In this document: piece after piece, positions 36,214 to 48,398 of the stretch
Position numbering within the stretch: the stretch's first letter is position 1
Layout of the letters: every line of letters begins with the position of its first letter
Assembly: GCA_047495785.1 (NCBI GenBank)
Contig: JBLDXI010000038.1
Location: forward strand, 372,001 to 436,000
DNA length: 64,000 nt
DNA from: Lepidodermella squamata
Lineage: Eukaryota > Animalia > Gastrotricha
Direction of reading: 5' to 3'
Program-made: the position numbers and the translations under genes
Notes under the pieces: generated by a model
The model's database searches: none
Seen by the model: the letters and a program-made list of their open reading frames with translations, nothing else
What the model was told of the DNA's origin: nothing

Positions 36214-39200
36214 ATGTTCGGCGGCGGAAAGGCATGGTTCGGTTCTAAATCGCTATGGAAGCCGAAAAATATTCACTCGACAGATTATTTGAAGTAAGTG
36301 GTTAACCTTTGATTTGCAAAATATTATTAATCGGTTTACCAATTATAGATATTTGCACGGCGTGTTAAGTAAAAATGCTGTTGTCACGGAGCAGAACCAG
36401 CAATTGCTCATTGAAGTTTGGCGGATCATCTCCGAAATTCTTATTTGGGGTGATCAAAATGACTCAAAAGTATTCGAGTATGTAACCTTGATAATTACGC
36501 CTGTTGCACCAGCTTAAACTGTTCATTGCAGCTTCTTCCTTGAAAAAAATATGCTCACGTTCTACATATCGTATATTCGGCAACCGTCAGCTCGATTCAT
36601 TATTGTTCAACTTCTTCAAACCTTGAATATTCTTTTCGAAAATACTGCACAAGAAACTTCAATATGTTAGTGACTGTCGAGCGAAGTTTGCATTGTTGCA
36701 TTTTTGTCTTATTCAGATTTTCTTCTTTCAAACAACCATGTGAACGAGATAATCACCAGCGAATTCGACTTTGCGGATGAAGAAGTAATGGCGTACTACA
36801 TTTCTTTGATGAAAACACTGTCGTTGAAGCTGAACTCGCATACAATTCACTTTTTCTTCAATGAACACACTCGAAATTTCCCTTTACTCACCGAGGCGCT
36901 GAAATTCGATTCGCACCCCGAGTCCATGGTTCGCATTGCCGCGCGAACGATTACTTTGAACGTTTTCCGCGTGAGAAATCGCGCCGTGATACGTTTTGTC
37001 TGCGACCGGGTCGCTCCAGCCCAGTTCTCCCTGTTCGCCTACAACGTGAGCAGGCAGACTGTAGCTATGGATGCGTGTTTGAGTCAAGCCCAGGCGCTGC
37101 AGCTTCAACACGGCCAGCAGCAACAATCCGGACCGTCGACTGGCATTTCTTCGTTGTCTCGCGCGAGAGAACGGCTTCAAGATCACGCCGCCGAACATCT
37201 AGATTTGCTGCATTACGCGGCTGATGTTATGCAACTGGAGATCGAAGAGCTGAATGCTGTAATTTCGCCGATTCTACTCTCCCGGCTCCTACTGCCGGTC
37301 TACTTGCCTTCACTATTGTCATCGACGTCGGTCGCTGTCGATCAGCTCGTCGAAAATATGCCTCGCATCTCGCCGCTGCTTTCACTCTACCTGTTGTCGC
37401 ACTTTTTCATTGTTTTCAAGGGGCACGCTCCTCTACTTGTCAAACTTCTCAATGTAATCGCAAATGGCAATGCGGCGACTAATGGGAATATAATTCGACA
37501 GCTCGGTCGGTTGTGTTCCCGCGCGCCCGAGTCGTTGAACGACGCACTGCGGCGCAATGCAATTGTTTCACCAACGACTTCGACAGCCCCGGCTTCGTCT
37601 GAGCCAGCCGTCCAACACCAGCCGTTGCCGCAGTCGGACAGCGCTTCCGAAATTTCGGCGGCCGCTAGCGAGTTCCTCGGCGAAATGGGCACCAATCAAA
37701 CCGATGACGAAAAGCTTTCCGAATTCACCCAATCGTTCGGAGGACGGTTAGTCCTTTTTCTATCTCGAATACCTAATTCATTTGATCAGGATAACTAATA
37801 AGATTTTTCTTGAAATTCCTCATTAATTGCGGGAAATTGTTTTTCGTTGGCTGTAAGTGCCATTTAAAACTTCCAACCAGGAAAGCTAATTCGTTCGGGA
37901 ATTTGATAAATTTCTCGATATTCCAAATTTGGGTACTTGTCGATTGCGTTTGAGCACGCAATTGACTAGCCTTATTTTATCATATTGTCCAAATTGTTCT
38001 GTCCAAAAGGAGGCCGTTACATATTGACTTTAAGGACCAAGCATGCTCACCATAAGATGAGGGCTCCGGCACTAGATTTTTCACGCCTTCCATAGTATCT
38101 GAAGCAGTATCGACTAAGAAAAAAGGTTCCATGACGCTTAGACTTAGTTCCGGAAATTGAATCTTGGTGGTGGAAATATTTCGACCCTGTAGAAGGATTT
38201 ACTCACTTTTTTCATTTTTCAGCGTTTACCTCACTGCAATTATGCAAATTCTGGATTCGATCGACAGCGGTGGAGATAACCAACCTTGCGATCGCGAGTC
38301 GGTTTTCGCGCTCATTTTTCTGTTATCACTCGTGAACAATGCAGCGCTGTCGCGTGATTTGCTGGGCAGTCTTGGGCTTAATTCCAGCACAGCACCCGTC
38401 AAAACTGAGTACAACCACTTTCTAATCGACAAACTTATCACCATACTCACATATGCCGCTAAATCTGGTAAGCTTTTTTCCGGATAATTTGACGCTTGAT
38501 TGATGAGTTATTGTTATTCAGATACGAAAATAAGACCTGTTTCTGTAACCTTGTCAGCGGAATTGTTGAAGAGTCAGGTCCTGGCTAATTTCATCCCGTC
38601 GGAAGGCATGGTGAAATCTGACTCGGTATTTTCGACCTCGTCTCCCCCGCCCTCGACGTCGCCATTCAGAGCTAGCTGCCTGAGTGACCACGACCTGGCG
38701 CGGATAGAAAGCGCCCGCGAAGAAAGCACCCTGGTTCTGCGGTCGTTTTTCAAAAGCGAAGACACATTTGTCGACGCTTTCGAAGACGAGTACAACCACT
38801 TCCACGACCGGCGGCGCGTTGATATCGAACGCGTTCTCGGAGATACCAATCTTCTGCTATCACCGGCAGTTTCAACCCCCCTCAGCGGTGTCGATTTCGC
38901 ACATCGACTACCCTGCGGCGAGGCTGAACGCGCCCGGTTGGCTATGCGGGTATTTTTCACGCTTCGAGCGGTTTCTCTCCAGTTGAGGGGCGAGGCTGAA
39001 ACTCAGCTGCCCCTTTTCAAACTCGATAATCTTGTGCATCCAGGCGATGCTCTTGACCTAAGTGAGTTGAATTGAGGACCAGCTTGTAATTCTGAAATGA
39101 ATCATTTTTCGATAGACAACAGCGACTTGTTAGCATGTACGGTAGCGATCGCTAATGATAAGTAAGTTCATTTGAACTTGTTAAGTTGGGATGATTCAGT

Positions 39201-40598
39201 TGAGATTATTCCAGAACCGAAAGGTTGTTCTTGGTTCTTGAACGCGACCAGCTGATTCTGGTTCGGCCGGATGCGCTGCGAATGGGTTGGGGTATCGTGC
39301 GTCTAGCCGGGCCGCTCTACGACGTTGAGCTGACTATTGATAAAGACGACGGCCGCGGCCTCCACGTCACCCTACATCCATTAAACATCTCCCAGTCGCG
39401 CCCTACACTCACCCGTGAAGCTTCCAGTGTATCAAGCGTCGGGTCGACCGGGGCTCCTGTAACGTACAGTCGCAGCCTGGTTTCCGCTCGCTTTCAATTC
39501 GACGACCACATTCGATGCCGAGCCGCTCGGGAACGCATTGTTCGAGGCAGGCAGCGAGTTCGTTTAGTTAAACTGCAAAAAGTGGCCGCTCTTCTCGAAA
39601 TCCCACCTGAGGCTACGAATTACGTTAGTGGAACGGGCGGGAACTCGCCGGTTGGAGTTGCGACACCTACGCTCACCCCCAACGTGTTGTCGATGTTCAA
39701 CCCGAAAATTCAACAAGCGATCATGGCAGCCTCGGCGTCGACTCCTCTCGCGTCTCGGGCGCCTTACCTCCCGAATTCTCTATCGACACCAGCGTTCCAG
39801 AACGATTCAACTGCAGCAACAGCCACGAAAATGGCGGCATCGTCCTCTTTAGATCAACAGCAGCAGCAACTTGTTGATACTAATACTGCTGGTGTTTTGG
39901 GCGGGGAGGACCCGACTCGGGCCAGGGCGGCCGCTGTTAGTGAGCTGGCACGGCCTGGTTCGACTAGTACTGACAGCCAGCTTAATTTTTCGTCGAGTTC
40001 ATCGTCCACAGCCGATCTCGCGCCACCCGGTGTTTTGAACGCTGATGAGCATCGTCGTCGCTTCATGCATACCTTGGGCGTAGTTGCGTCTCCGGCGGCG
40101 CCTGGTCGCATCACCCCACCGGCTATACCACCCCGGTTGCATGAACAGAAAGTTAAGCCGTTAAGTTCAGACCCGTTTTCAATTCAGAACCTAAAAGCCG
40201 AGACGGAACGTGACGCAGAGCCTCCGGTAACAGAAAAATCCGATGAATCTATCGATGGACCAAAGGAGAAAACAACAAGCCCAATGTTGATAGCATTCGA
40301 CGAACCGTCAACGTCTGACGCGTTTGAAAACCGTTTGGTCAAATCAGAGTCAGACGCCGGTGCCTTGTTGATACCTCGCGACGAGTCTGACCTTTCCGAT
40401 GACAGTTTGATTTTGAAGAAGGCAATCGAAGAGCTGGCGGGCGAGCCATCTGCCTCGGACACCCTGGTTGAGCTCAACGATACGAGCAGCAACAGCGTGG
40501 TCGCTGAAACACCTCTTAACCCATCAACTGCCCCTATTTCCAACTCGACCACTACTACTGACACGGAGGATGTGCAATTAAATGAATGCGACCAATAA
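36214..40598 (+). CDS. CLEC16A: CLEC16A / Ema / GOP-1 (FPL domain)
   Basis: 'LWKPKNIHS', 'ISEILIWGDQNDSKVF', 'FDFADEEVMAYYISLMKTLSLKLN', 'HPESMVRIAARTITLNVF', 'RLPCGEAERAR', 'FDDHIRC'; multiple short introns. Confidence 0.93.
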
Positions 40599-41418
40599 TA
40601 CTTGATAAAATGGTTTTATTCCGGATATTTTGTACTTGCAAGATGATTGTGCTTTGTTGGCGAACCAATCGATGATTTGTTATTGATTGAATTTGACTGA
40701 AATAAGTGATTTTGCTTGCCGATTCGGACCGTTTTGTCGCGGCCTGGTGACATTCCCGATGTGAAGGAAAATAAAGTATTGAATGTATGCATGGATCACA
40801 GCTCTGGCCGTTCGTTCACCTCTGATTTCGCATACTTGAATATATGACAGATATTTTTGGTAGCTGTTTTTCGAAACCTGTGATGCTGCTTTCGTAGCGT
40901 TTCATGTTTTAGTGCAAAATTTAACTCAAATAAGTGAACACTACATGTGGCTAGATCTTCCTTATTCGGGAAGTTTATTGGTTTCCCAATGCGTTGGCTG
41001 ATGCCTCAATCCAACCTGTACACTCATTATGTGGCTATCTATGTGAACCCTCATGTATACCCTACATGATGCCTACACGCTCTAACTGATGGCGAGAAAA
41101 CAACGAAAGCCTTGCATCAGCGTGCTGGCATGGAGTGGAAAGATGATAAAATAAATAAATTCAACACAATTTGGAGTTTGCTTTTTTACTGGGTAGCGAT
41201 TTTCAGATACAACTGACACCTACTATTTCAAACGCATGATTCCAGATAGAATGAAAATTAAGCCCAGTTCATGAAAGACCCTGCCACATGAAGCCGTATG
41301 TAGCAGACGAACAAAAACCGAATGAAGCAAAATTGGAAAGGGTCAAAAGTTTTGAGCGCAAAAGTCAGCGCTCCCTCGGACAGATGTAAGCATGGTTCCA
41401 ATACTAATACTAAAACTT

Positions 41419-41547
41419 CCTAGAATAGAAACAAATGGCGTAAAACTAACTTTTTGCACCTTCGCCGAGTCAGTCGCGTGCCTGATCGCTAGAACGCCAG
41501 TTTTTTCTGTGCACCAAGGGCATTACGCCATTGGTTTCTATTCTAGG
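41419..41547. mobile_element. Small palindromic MITE-like element, copy 1
   Basis: 25-bp inverted repeats cctagaatagaaac(a/c)aatggcgtaa at 41419-41443 and 41523-41547. Confidence 0.75.
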
Positions 41548-41734
41548 CAAGTCGTTCGGTCGCCTACCCGCGATATTTGCAAGTTCTCTAGATGGCGATA
41601 ACAGCTTTGGTAGGGTAACACGCGCTCGGCCAAGGTATTTCTTTTGGCCAGGTTTCACGTAGTTCGACATCGCCAACTGGACTGGGGCGTATGCCATGGC
41701 TTTCGAAGCGCGTGACTGAGGTATCACCATCGCA

Positions 41735-41774
41735 TCAGATACAGCCAGGAAAATATTTTCCTGGCTGTATCTGA
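41735..41774. repeat. Perfect 40-bp palindrome, no spacer
   Basis: tcagatacagccaggaaaat|attttcctggctgtatctga. Confidence 0.95.
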
Positions 41775-42023
41775 CAACCTCCATGTGTTGGTTTTAGCAT
41801 ACAGGGCTTCGTTGCTGATGATGGCAGGGTATCTTATACCGATTATTAGTCCTCTGACCTTTTTTTCCGTTATGAGAGTCAAGGCGACTCCACAGCGCTT
41901 TGGTCAGACCCCATGTATATAGTAACTGCAGTTATTTAGTAAAATCGGTAAACACATCAAGGCGTCCAACGCGCACAGCATATGCATTGAAGCCTCAAAG
42001 TAAAGAAGTCAACTTCAAACAAT

Positions 42024-43649
42024 AGGCTTTTTCACACTACGGTGAAGTGAAGAAAATTGAAGCATTTTTTTGAGTAAAAAAATTCCCTGTAGTGTGAACA
42101 CGTGCTCTGGTGATCACAAAAAATTCACCTCTACGTTGAAGTTATTATCTGAGATTGCAAATCGCCATATAAATGAAAAAAATTCATCACCGCAAATCCA
42201 CGCGATCTGGTTAAAAATCATTTTTTCCTAATAACCAAGTGTGAACATATCTAAGTTGAAGTGTTTTTTTTTTATATTTTTTTTCCGAGCTCGGTAAAGC
42301 GCGTGCATCAAATAAATGCAAATTCTTTACCGCACTTATATCCCAGCACGAGCTGATTGAAGCTGGTGATCTTTTTTCACTTAAACAGCAGTGTGAACGC
42401 CAGAAGTTAACTTAGCGATGAGTGGGCAAATGCCTTCTATGCTCTAATAATTAAAAGAAAATTAGTATATCCATGGAGCCTGAATATTTGCAAGTAAGAA
42501 TAAGGCCAGACAACAGTTTTATGCGTGCTTATAGATGTGCCGAAAACCGAAAAACCACTAGCTATCGATAGGATTAAATACCTAGGCTCAAAAGAGGTCT
42601 GTTTTGCTACGGACATTCTTGAATTTATGATATCAATTATCCATTTATGAGATGGGGCTGTACGACACATATGAGCAGAGACTTTTGAGCAATGCGGTCG
42701 ATTAATCATTCACGAATATGCTGAGACGTTTCAGCGGCGACATTTGCGCAGTGATTACTTTTCATGTGCGATTCAGCAATGGTTGTCTTAAATTTAACCC
42801 AATCCCAATCTTTTCGGATTTTTGCTGTTTTATCCCGGTAGCATTTACGGTGAAATTTCAGCAGAATAACTTCCTAGAATTTCAGCCGTACTCGGATAAA
42901 GAACAGTGGAATAAACTAAAAGTTGAGTTCAATTGCATCTAGAAGGACATATTTTTACAACTTGAAATATTTGATCGTCCCTTGCTCATTTGCCGCGGCT
43001 TAATTCTCACTGATCTTTCGAGCCCGATGAATTGTTGCCACAAATTTGTCAACAATTTTCAAAACTCTAAACAATTTAAAAAAAATTTCCTGACAGTGTC
43101 ACTGATAAAATAGGTCACTGCTGATTCGACCCTCATTGGCTGGAAAGTCACTGCGCTGAGATGTCTAACCACCAATATTTATTACTTACTCATGAGTTGA
43201 TTGTCTTTACTTATCAGCAGTCGAGGGTTATATTAGTTAAGTTTGCAATGCTAGAAAATTCGAAAAAAAATCTAATAATTAAAAATGGCTTGACCCTGAA
43301 TAAACCTCAAATCTGAAATATAAGGCCCGGTATAACGGAGACTGGCAAAAAGTGCACACTTAGATGAACATTTAGCAATAGATAAATCAATCCCTCCAAG
43401 GGCGTGAAATCCCAGCACTGTTTCGATTTACCCCGCCTATTTACTTGCTTAATATCGATATAGAAAACTTAAACTGGTTCTGGGTTGTATGAAGTGCCGT
43501 TGCGCAGCTTTTATGCTATCAAAAAGCCTATTTAGCTTCAACAGAAGCGTTCACACTACGAAATTTCAACATCACTTCAACGAACTTCAACGAGCACGCG
43601 ACCGGTTAACGCTTTTTTTACTTCACTTTACCGTAGTGTGAAAAAGCCT
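42024..43649. mobile_element. Non-autonomous DNA transposon, PIF/Harbinger-like (1.6 kb)
   Basis: 29-bp TIRs aggctttttcacactacggt(g/a)aagtgaag; AAT on both sides as 3-bp TSD (42021-42023, 43650-43652); internal AGTGTGAAC subrepeats; no transposase ORF. Confidence 0.8.
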
Positions 43650-44361
43650 AATATTGAATCCCCGAATCGCGTTTTCCTCGAAACACTGAGGATTTGGCAT
43701 TCTGGAGTCCCAAAATGTGTTTTTTCTTCTTCAAACCATCGGAATTCAACGCATACCTTGAAAATGTGTGCCAAATGAGCGCGGCATTCGCTCAATTAAG
43801 ATTTATAAAACGCGTAATGCGTCAAATCTCTGGTGGTTGATAGAAAACATGAAAATAGGTGGTCTGAGGATGCAAAGGGAGTTTCGGGTCCTTAAGAGGC
43901 AGACGGCTAGCCCGCAAACTCATCGATTGCCTTACTGAAAATCAATTTCAGGGTATATAAGGGCAACTCAAAATTTAAACGGGTTAAATTTTGTTGCTGG
44001 GTCGAGCAGTCGAATATAATAAAATCGGCATGGGCAGTACATCCATTACGGCGAAAAACTTATTTTCTCCGCGTAACCGAAGTGAATATCAGTTATCAGC
44101 CTGCTTCGGCCTCTTTTCGACTGCGAGAGGAGTAATATATGAAAAGTTGGAATTGAAAAACGAATGATGTAGGAAAAAGCAATCGATGAAAGGTTGGAAC
44201 AAGGTTTGTCCACCAAACGGCCACAAGTAGACCATTATTATTCGAATGTTTTTTCCAGGGCATTCGAGTGATGTCCCCAGTAATAATTGCTAAGTCTATC
44301 GCCAATTTAACAAAAAATGTCAGTGTGATATTCCGCGTGGCGAATGCCATAACGACTCGTG

Positions 44362-44479
44362 ACTCGCCTAGAATGGAAACAATGGCGCAGTGCTTTTGAT
44401 GCGCAGAGCGATCAGGCACACGACTGTCTTGGCGAAGATACAATAAGTTTTACGCCATTTGTTTCTATTCTAGGCGAGT
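44362..44479. mobile_element. Small palindromic MITE-like element, copy 2
   Basis: Same inverted repeat as copy 1; core agcgatcaggcacacgactgtcttggcgaa is a near reverse complement of 41461-41490. Confidence 0.7.
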
Positions 44480-47400
44480 GCGCCCACCCCGCGATATTAC
44501 TCACCCACCTTATTAGGGTCCAATCTGTAGGTTCGTCATTACTCTATGTTTTCACCTCGTTGAATTTGCCCGGCAACGTCATTTTCGGCAGCAGCAAGAA
44601 TGACACAGTAGAAAACATTATCATCTTCAGCATGAATAGAATTTTGAAGTTACAAATATTTAATGTGTATCTGACTAAGCTGGAACTTTCGGCAGCGCAA
44701 TCTGGGATGATGACCCCTGGCGGAAGCGGAACGGAACTACATTTGCGCCGGTGATGAACACAAGGCCATCGCGATGACCGCGGTTATCCAGCAATTCCAT
44801 TACGCCGCGTGACACCTGAACAAAGCCGATCATCACAGATGAGTAGTTTCATTGTCTCACTCAATTGCCCGGAGCAAGCACATCGTTGACGGTCACCGTG
44901 AAGCAGTCATCTCGGAGGCTCTGCTCCACCTTTGGTTCCAACTTTGGCTTTTTTTCTCTCATTCTTTGAACTCTTATTATTCTATGAGATCATTGCGATT
45001 TGATCAAGTTGTCATCTCTCACGCAAGTTATATCACGCTCTTGTCGAAGGCTCTAACATCGCGCTCAGCTCGCAGTCGTGTTCAAGTGCGCCTCGACGTT
45101 CAAGTGTAAGCACGCGCGCGCTCATGTATTGGTGGCTAATTTGCAAACCAAATACAACTCATCATCATCATCCGGTGTTGGTTACGCCGCGGTGGCTCTT
45201 CGTCCGGCGTGACTCGGCTCGGCTCGTGTTTTTGTTGTCGTTGTTGCAATAATTGCTAGTATTAGCTCAGCTGCGGATGCAACTTCCATCGGTGCGTTCA
45301 CGGGCGTGCCGATTTTAAATTCACCACAACAAGCGCTAATTTTCGCCACTGTTGCCCTGCCAACCAACCATAAATTCGAAATCATCGCGTAAATAACAAC
45401 AACATCATCAGCAGCAAGGGCGTCGGGTCGGTGAGACAACAACTTGTTCAGTGTTGCAAATTCCGGCTTGTTTAGCAGTTGCATTTTCAGCTGATCAGCT
45501 CTCTAGGCCGAGTTTGAGTTTGCGCAGCCGCTGTTTGGCCCGAGTCGACACTCGCCGACGTTAAACAGCTGCTCAATCGTGAGCAGCGGGGCTGCATCCC
45601 CTCATTCTCGTAGCTCACTCCGCCAGTAGTGTCTTCAATTCGCTCTGCTACTGAAACAGTTGAAACTACGACGAAGAGTCAGTTTCAACTTTTTCGCCCA
45701 GCTCGCGCTCGATCGTTCGCTCGCGGGAAAAAACCGTACCCTACCACAACTGCTCGGTTGAATCATTACTGATGCAGCACGCTTGATAATGGTAGTTTGT
45801 CGGTTCGTGCCGGTCTAATCGCCTCATGCTCTCGCTCGCTGGCCGCCGCTGCTACAGCAGCAGCAACAACAGCATCGAGAACTTGTTCTCGTCAGCGAGC
45901 GCGTACTAGCTAGCTGCTGTGAGCGAGAGCAAGCAGCGAGCGAGCAGTATAGCAGCTAAACACAGGCGGCGAAAGAACGAACGAACAACTTGTTCAACAG
46001 TGGTAGTTGGCGCGGCGTGCACTGCTCGTCAGGTAGGCAATATAATAATCAGGCTTCGCTTTTGCGTTTTTTATTGTATTACCCCTGCTCGTATACGCGA
46101 GCGCTGTTTTTCTTGCGCGCGTACACGAGCCGGCTTCGAGATGACCCGCCCTGCGGATTATATACTACTAGCTAACTAGCAGCTAACGGACAAATAATAA
46201 CAGTATTTGACGGTGGCACTGGAGAATAGACTCCAAGGTGCTTAGCAATATCTCAAACAACAGCCTGTCGAGTTATTTCTACTACGTAAAGCAACATTGA
46301 GCCGCTTCATCGTCTGTAGTATAATTCATAACAACTAAACAGTCGTAATAACAACATTAGGCTCGTCGTGAGGCCACCACCTGCCTGACAGTGCGCGGCT
46401 ATTAGCAGGATTTTTTTCGCCGCTGTCACTCTTCTCTCGTCACGGTCGCTGTCATCTTTTTTTTGCCATTTCACATGGCCATCTTCGTCATACGCCGAGC
46501 CTACTACGATGATGATGACGATGACGACGACCCCGCAATTACGATTATTATTATTATTACTATGGCTGAGGTATTAGTTTTTATTATGCAGCCATTTAGC
46601 CTCTCGTGTGTTTGTGTGTAGTACCCGTTTAAAATTGCTGCTGCAGCGGTGGCGGTATATCACAGCTCAGGCGATGACCGCAGTAATTTCAACTCTCAAA
46701 AATAATGGTAATAATAACAACACCACCACCAGATCGTGCCGCCTTTGTTCTATTAATACACCTGCTTATGTTGCTTGCGGATGAAGTTAGCTTGCACAGC
46801 TCGCGTTTTTTAGTCCCCACACAGGCCTGCTATTTTGTTCTCCGCGAACAACCGTATTACGCGTGGCGATTGCCCCTCTCTCTTTCTCTCGTTTATTAGC
46901 TGCGCAGTTATTTATTATTGTTATTTTTAGACCACTTTTTCTCGCCTGGCCACTTACATAAACGACAAGCGCGGCTGTTGCCTCGTGCTAGCCATTCAAG
47001 GCAATAAAAAAATTGACCCGGTTCATAGACGTTGTTTGTCATCACGAAAATTCAGTGTTACGCAATTGAGCTGATTGTGTCGCAATACAGGCCATGATGT
47101 TGTATATCAGTGACTGTCAAGTAAATCGTCAGTTCTTTTCTTTTCAATATCACGTATTTTTCGTTCGATCTATCGCTCGATTTCACGCCTGCGGCTCCAG
47201 GTGTAGTTCTTCTTCTTTGCTTCTGCTGTTACTGCGGCGATGACTCGAGGCGGCTGGCGCATTTTCAACGCACGTATAATCGCGATGATGGCGCCGATGA
47301 TTGCGCCATTTTTATCTGCCGTTTATTGACGGCTCTGACATGCCGTAGATTGATTGGCGCCGCAACGTTGAAGTGTGTTGTGCTCCTAACGTGCAATCTC

Positions 47401-47712
47401 TTGGCACCGACGCTATCTCTTCTGTTAGCCTACTTTTTTACATCCTCTCCTCGCACCCACCCTTCCTTGATTGTTGTTGCATGTTTGCTGCGGAACGATA
47501 TGCACTTCGCGCACAGGTAGAAGTAATCTTCGCCCACCCCCACCCATGCAGACAGCTGTGCTATCGGCAATTTTTGCTGTACAGTGTAGTTGCTGTTTAC
47601 AAAACTATTTGCGTGGTGAGTCGATACTTTCCGACGATTAATTTAGCGGTAATTTTGTTGATGTCTTCTTGTGTTCGTAATATTTTCCATTTCAGCTGCC
47701 TAGCTATTTGAA

Positions 47713-47803
47713 TGGTCGGTTTTCACTTTGCGTTCTCGGACTCTGCCATTTACTGCCGTGCGACACGGCGGAAACTGTCTGAGATCATGGTGAAAACTGG
47801 CCA
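47713..47803 (+). ncRNA. bantam: bantam microRNA precursor
   Basis: 3p arm TGAGATCATGGTGAAAACTGGC (47780-47801) with bantam seed GAGATCA, pairing with 5p arm TGGTCGGTTTTCACTTTGCGTTCTCGGAC (47713-47741). Confidence 0.88.
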
Positions 47804-48398
47804 CAAGTGGCTACTTTTATCCTAATATTTTTTCAGCCTTCCATTTATTTTTGATCAGTGAGAAACCTGCCTGTTCTTTTTCAGCAATGAGTGCGCTTTT
47901 ATTATTTCCATAACAATAAAATTTCATTTTCTTTTAGAAACAGCAACAAAAACCACAACGATAAAAACAAAATGTGCGAGAGCATGTGCGAAACACTAGT
48001 GCCGTTCGACTCGGAAAATCCAGCAAGCCAGTTGTGCCATTGTCTTCAGTGCCTTCAAGTCATACAAAAGCATTTGTTTTGATTTTACAGTGCACCACTG
48101 CGAGATCTTTGACATCGACGATCTTTCATGTGGTTGGTCTAGATTTTTTCCAGAATTTTATCATTTCTTGTTGTTGACAATTTTCGAGGCTTTTGGCTGA
48201 GCAACCGTTAGGATTACTCAGAATTGCAGAAATCGCAAAAACTTCCTTAAGAAGTCACAATAGGTTCACAATCGTAATAAACGTAGTAGAAAATGCTTGC
48301 TTCTGAGTATCTTTTGTTGCCGTTATGAAATTTGATTGAATTGCGACAAGGTAAAAAAAAATCAATAAAAAAGAGGATTTAAGCAACGTGTTTTTTCA

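Noticed and set aside
44985-45021. Second bantam-seed match TGAGATCATTGCG
   Set aside because: No complementary upstream arm; only a short weak hairpin.
46658-46680. miR-2-like TATCACAGC
   Set aside because: No pairing 5' arm visible.
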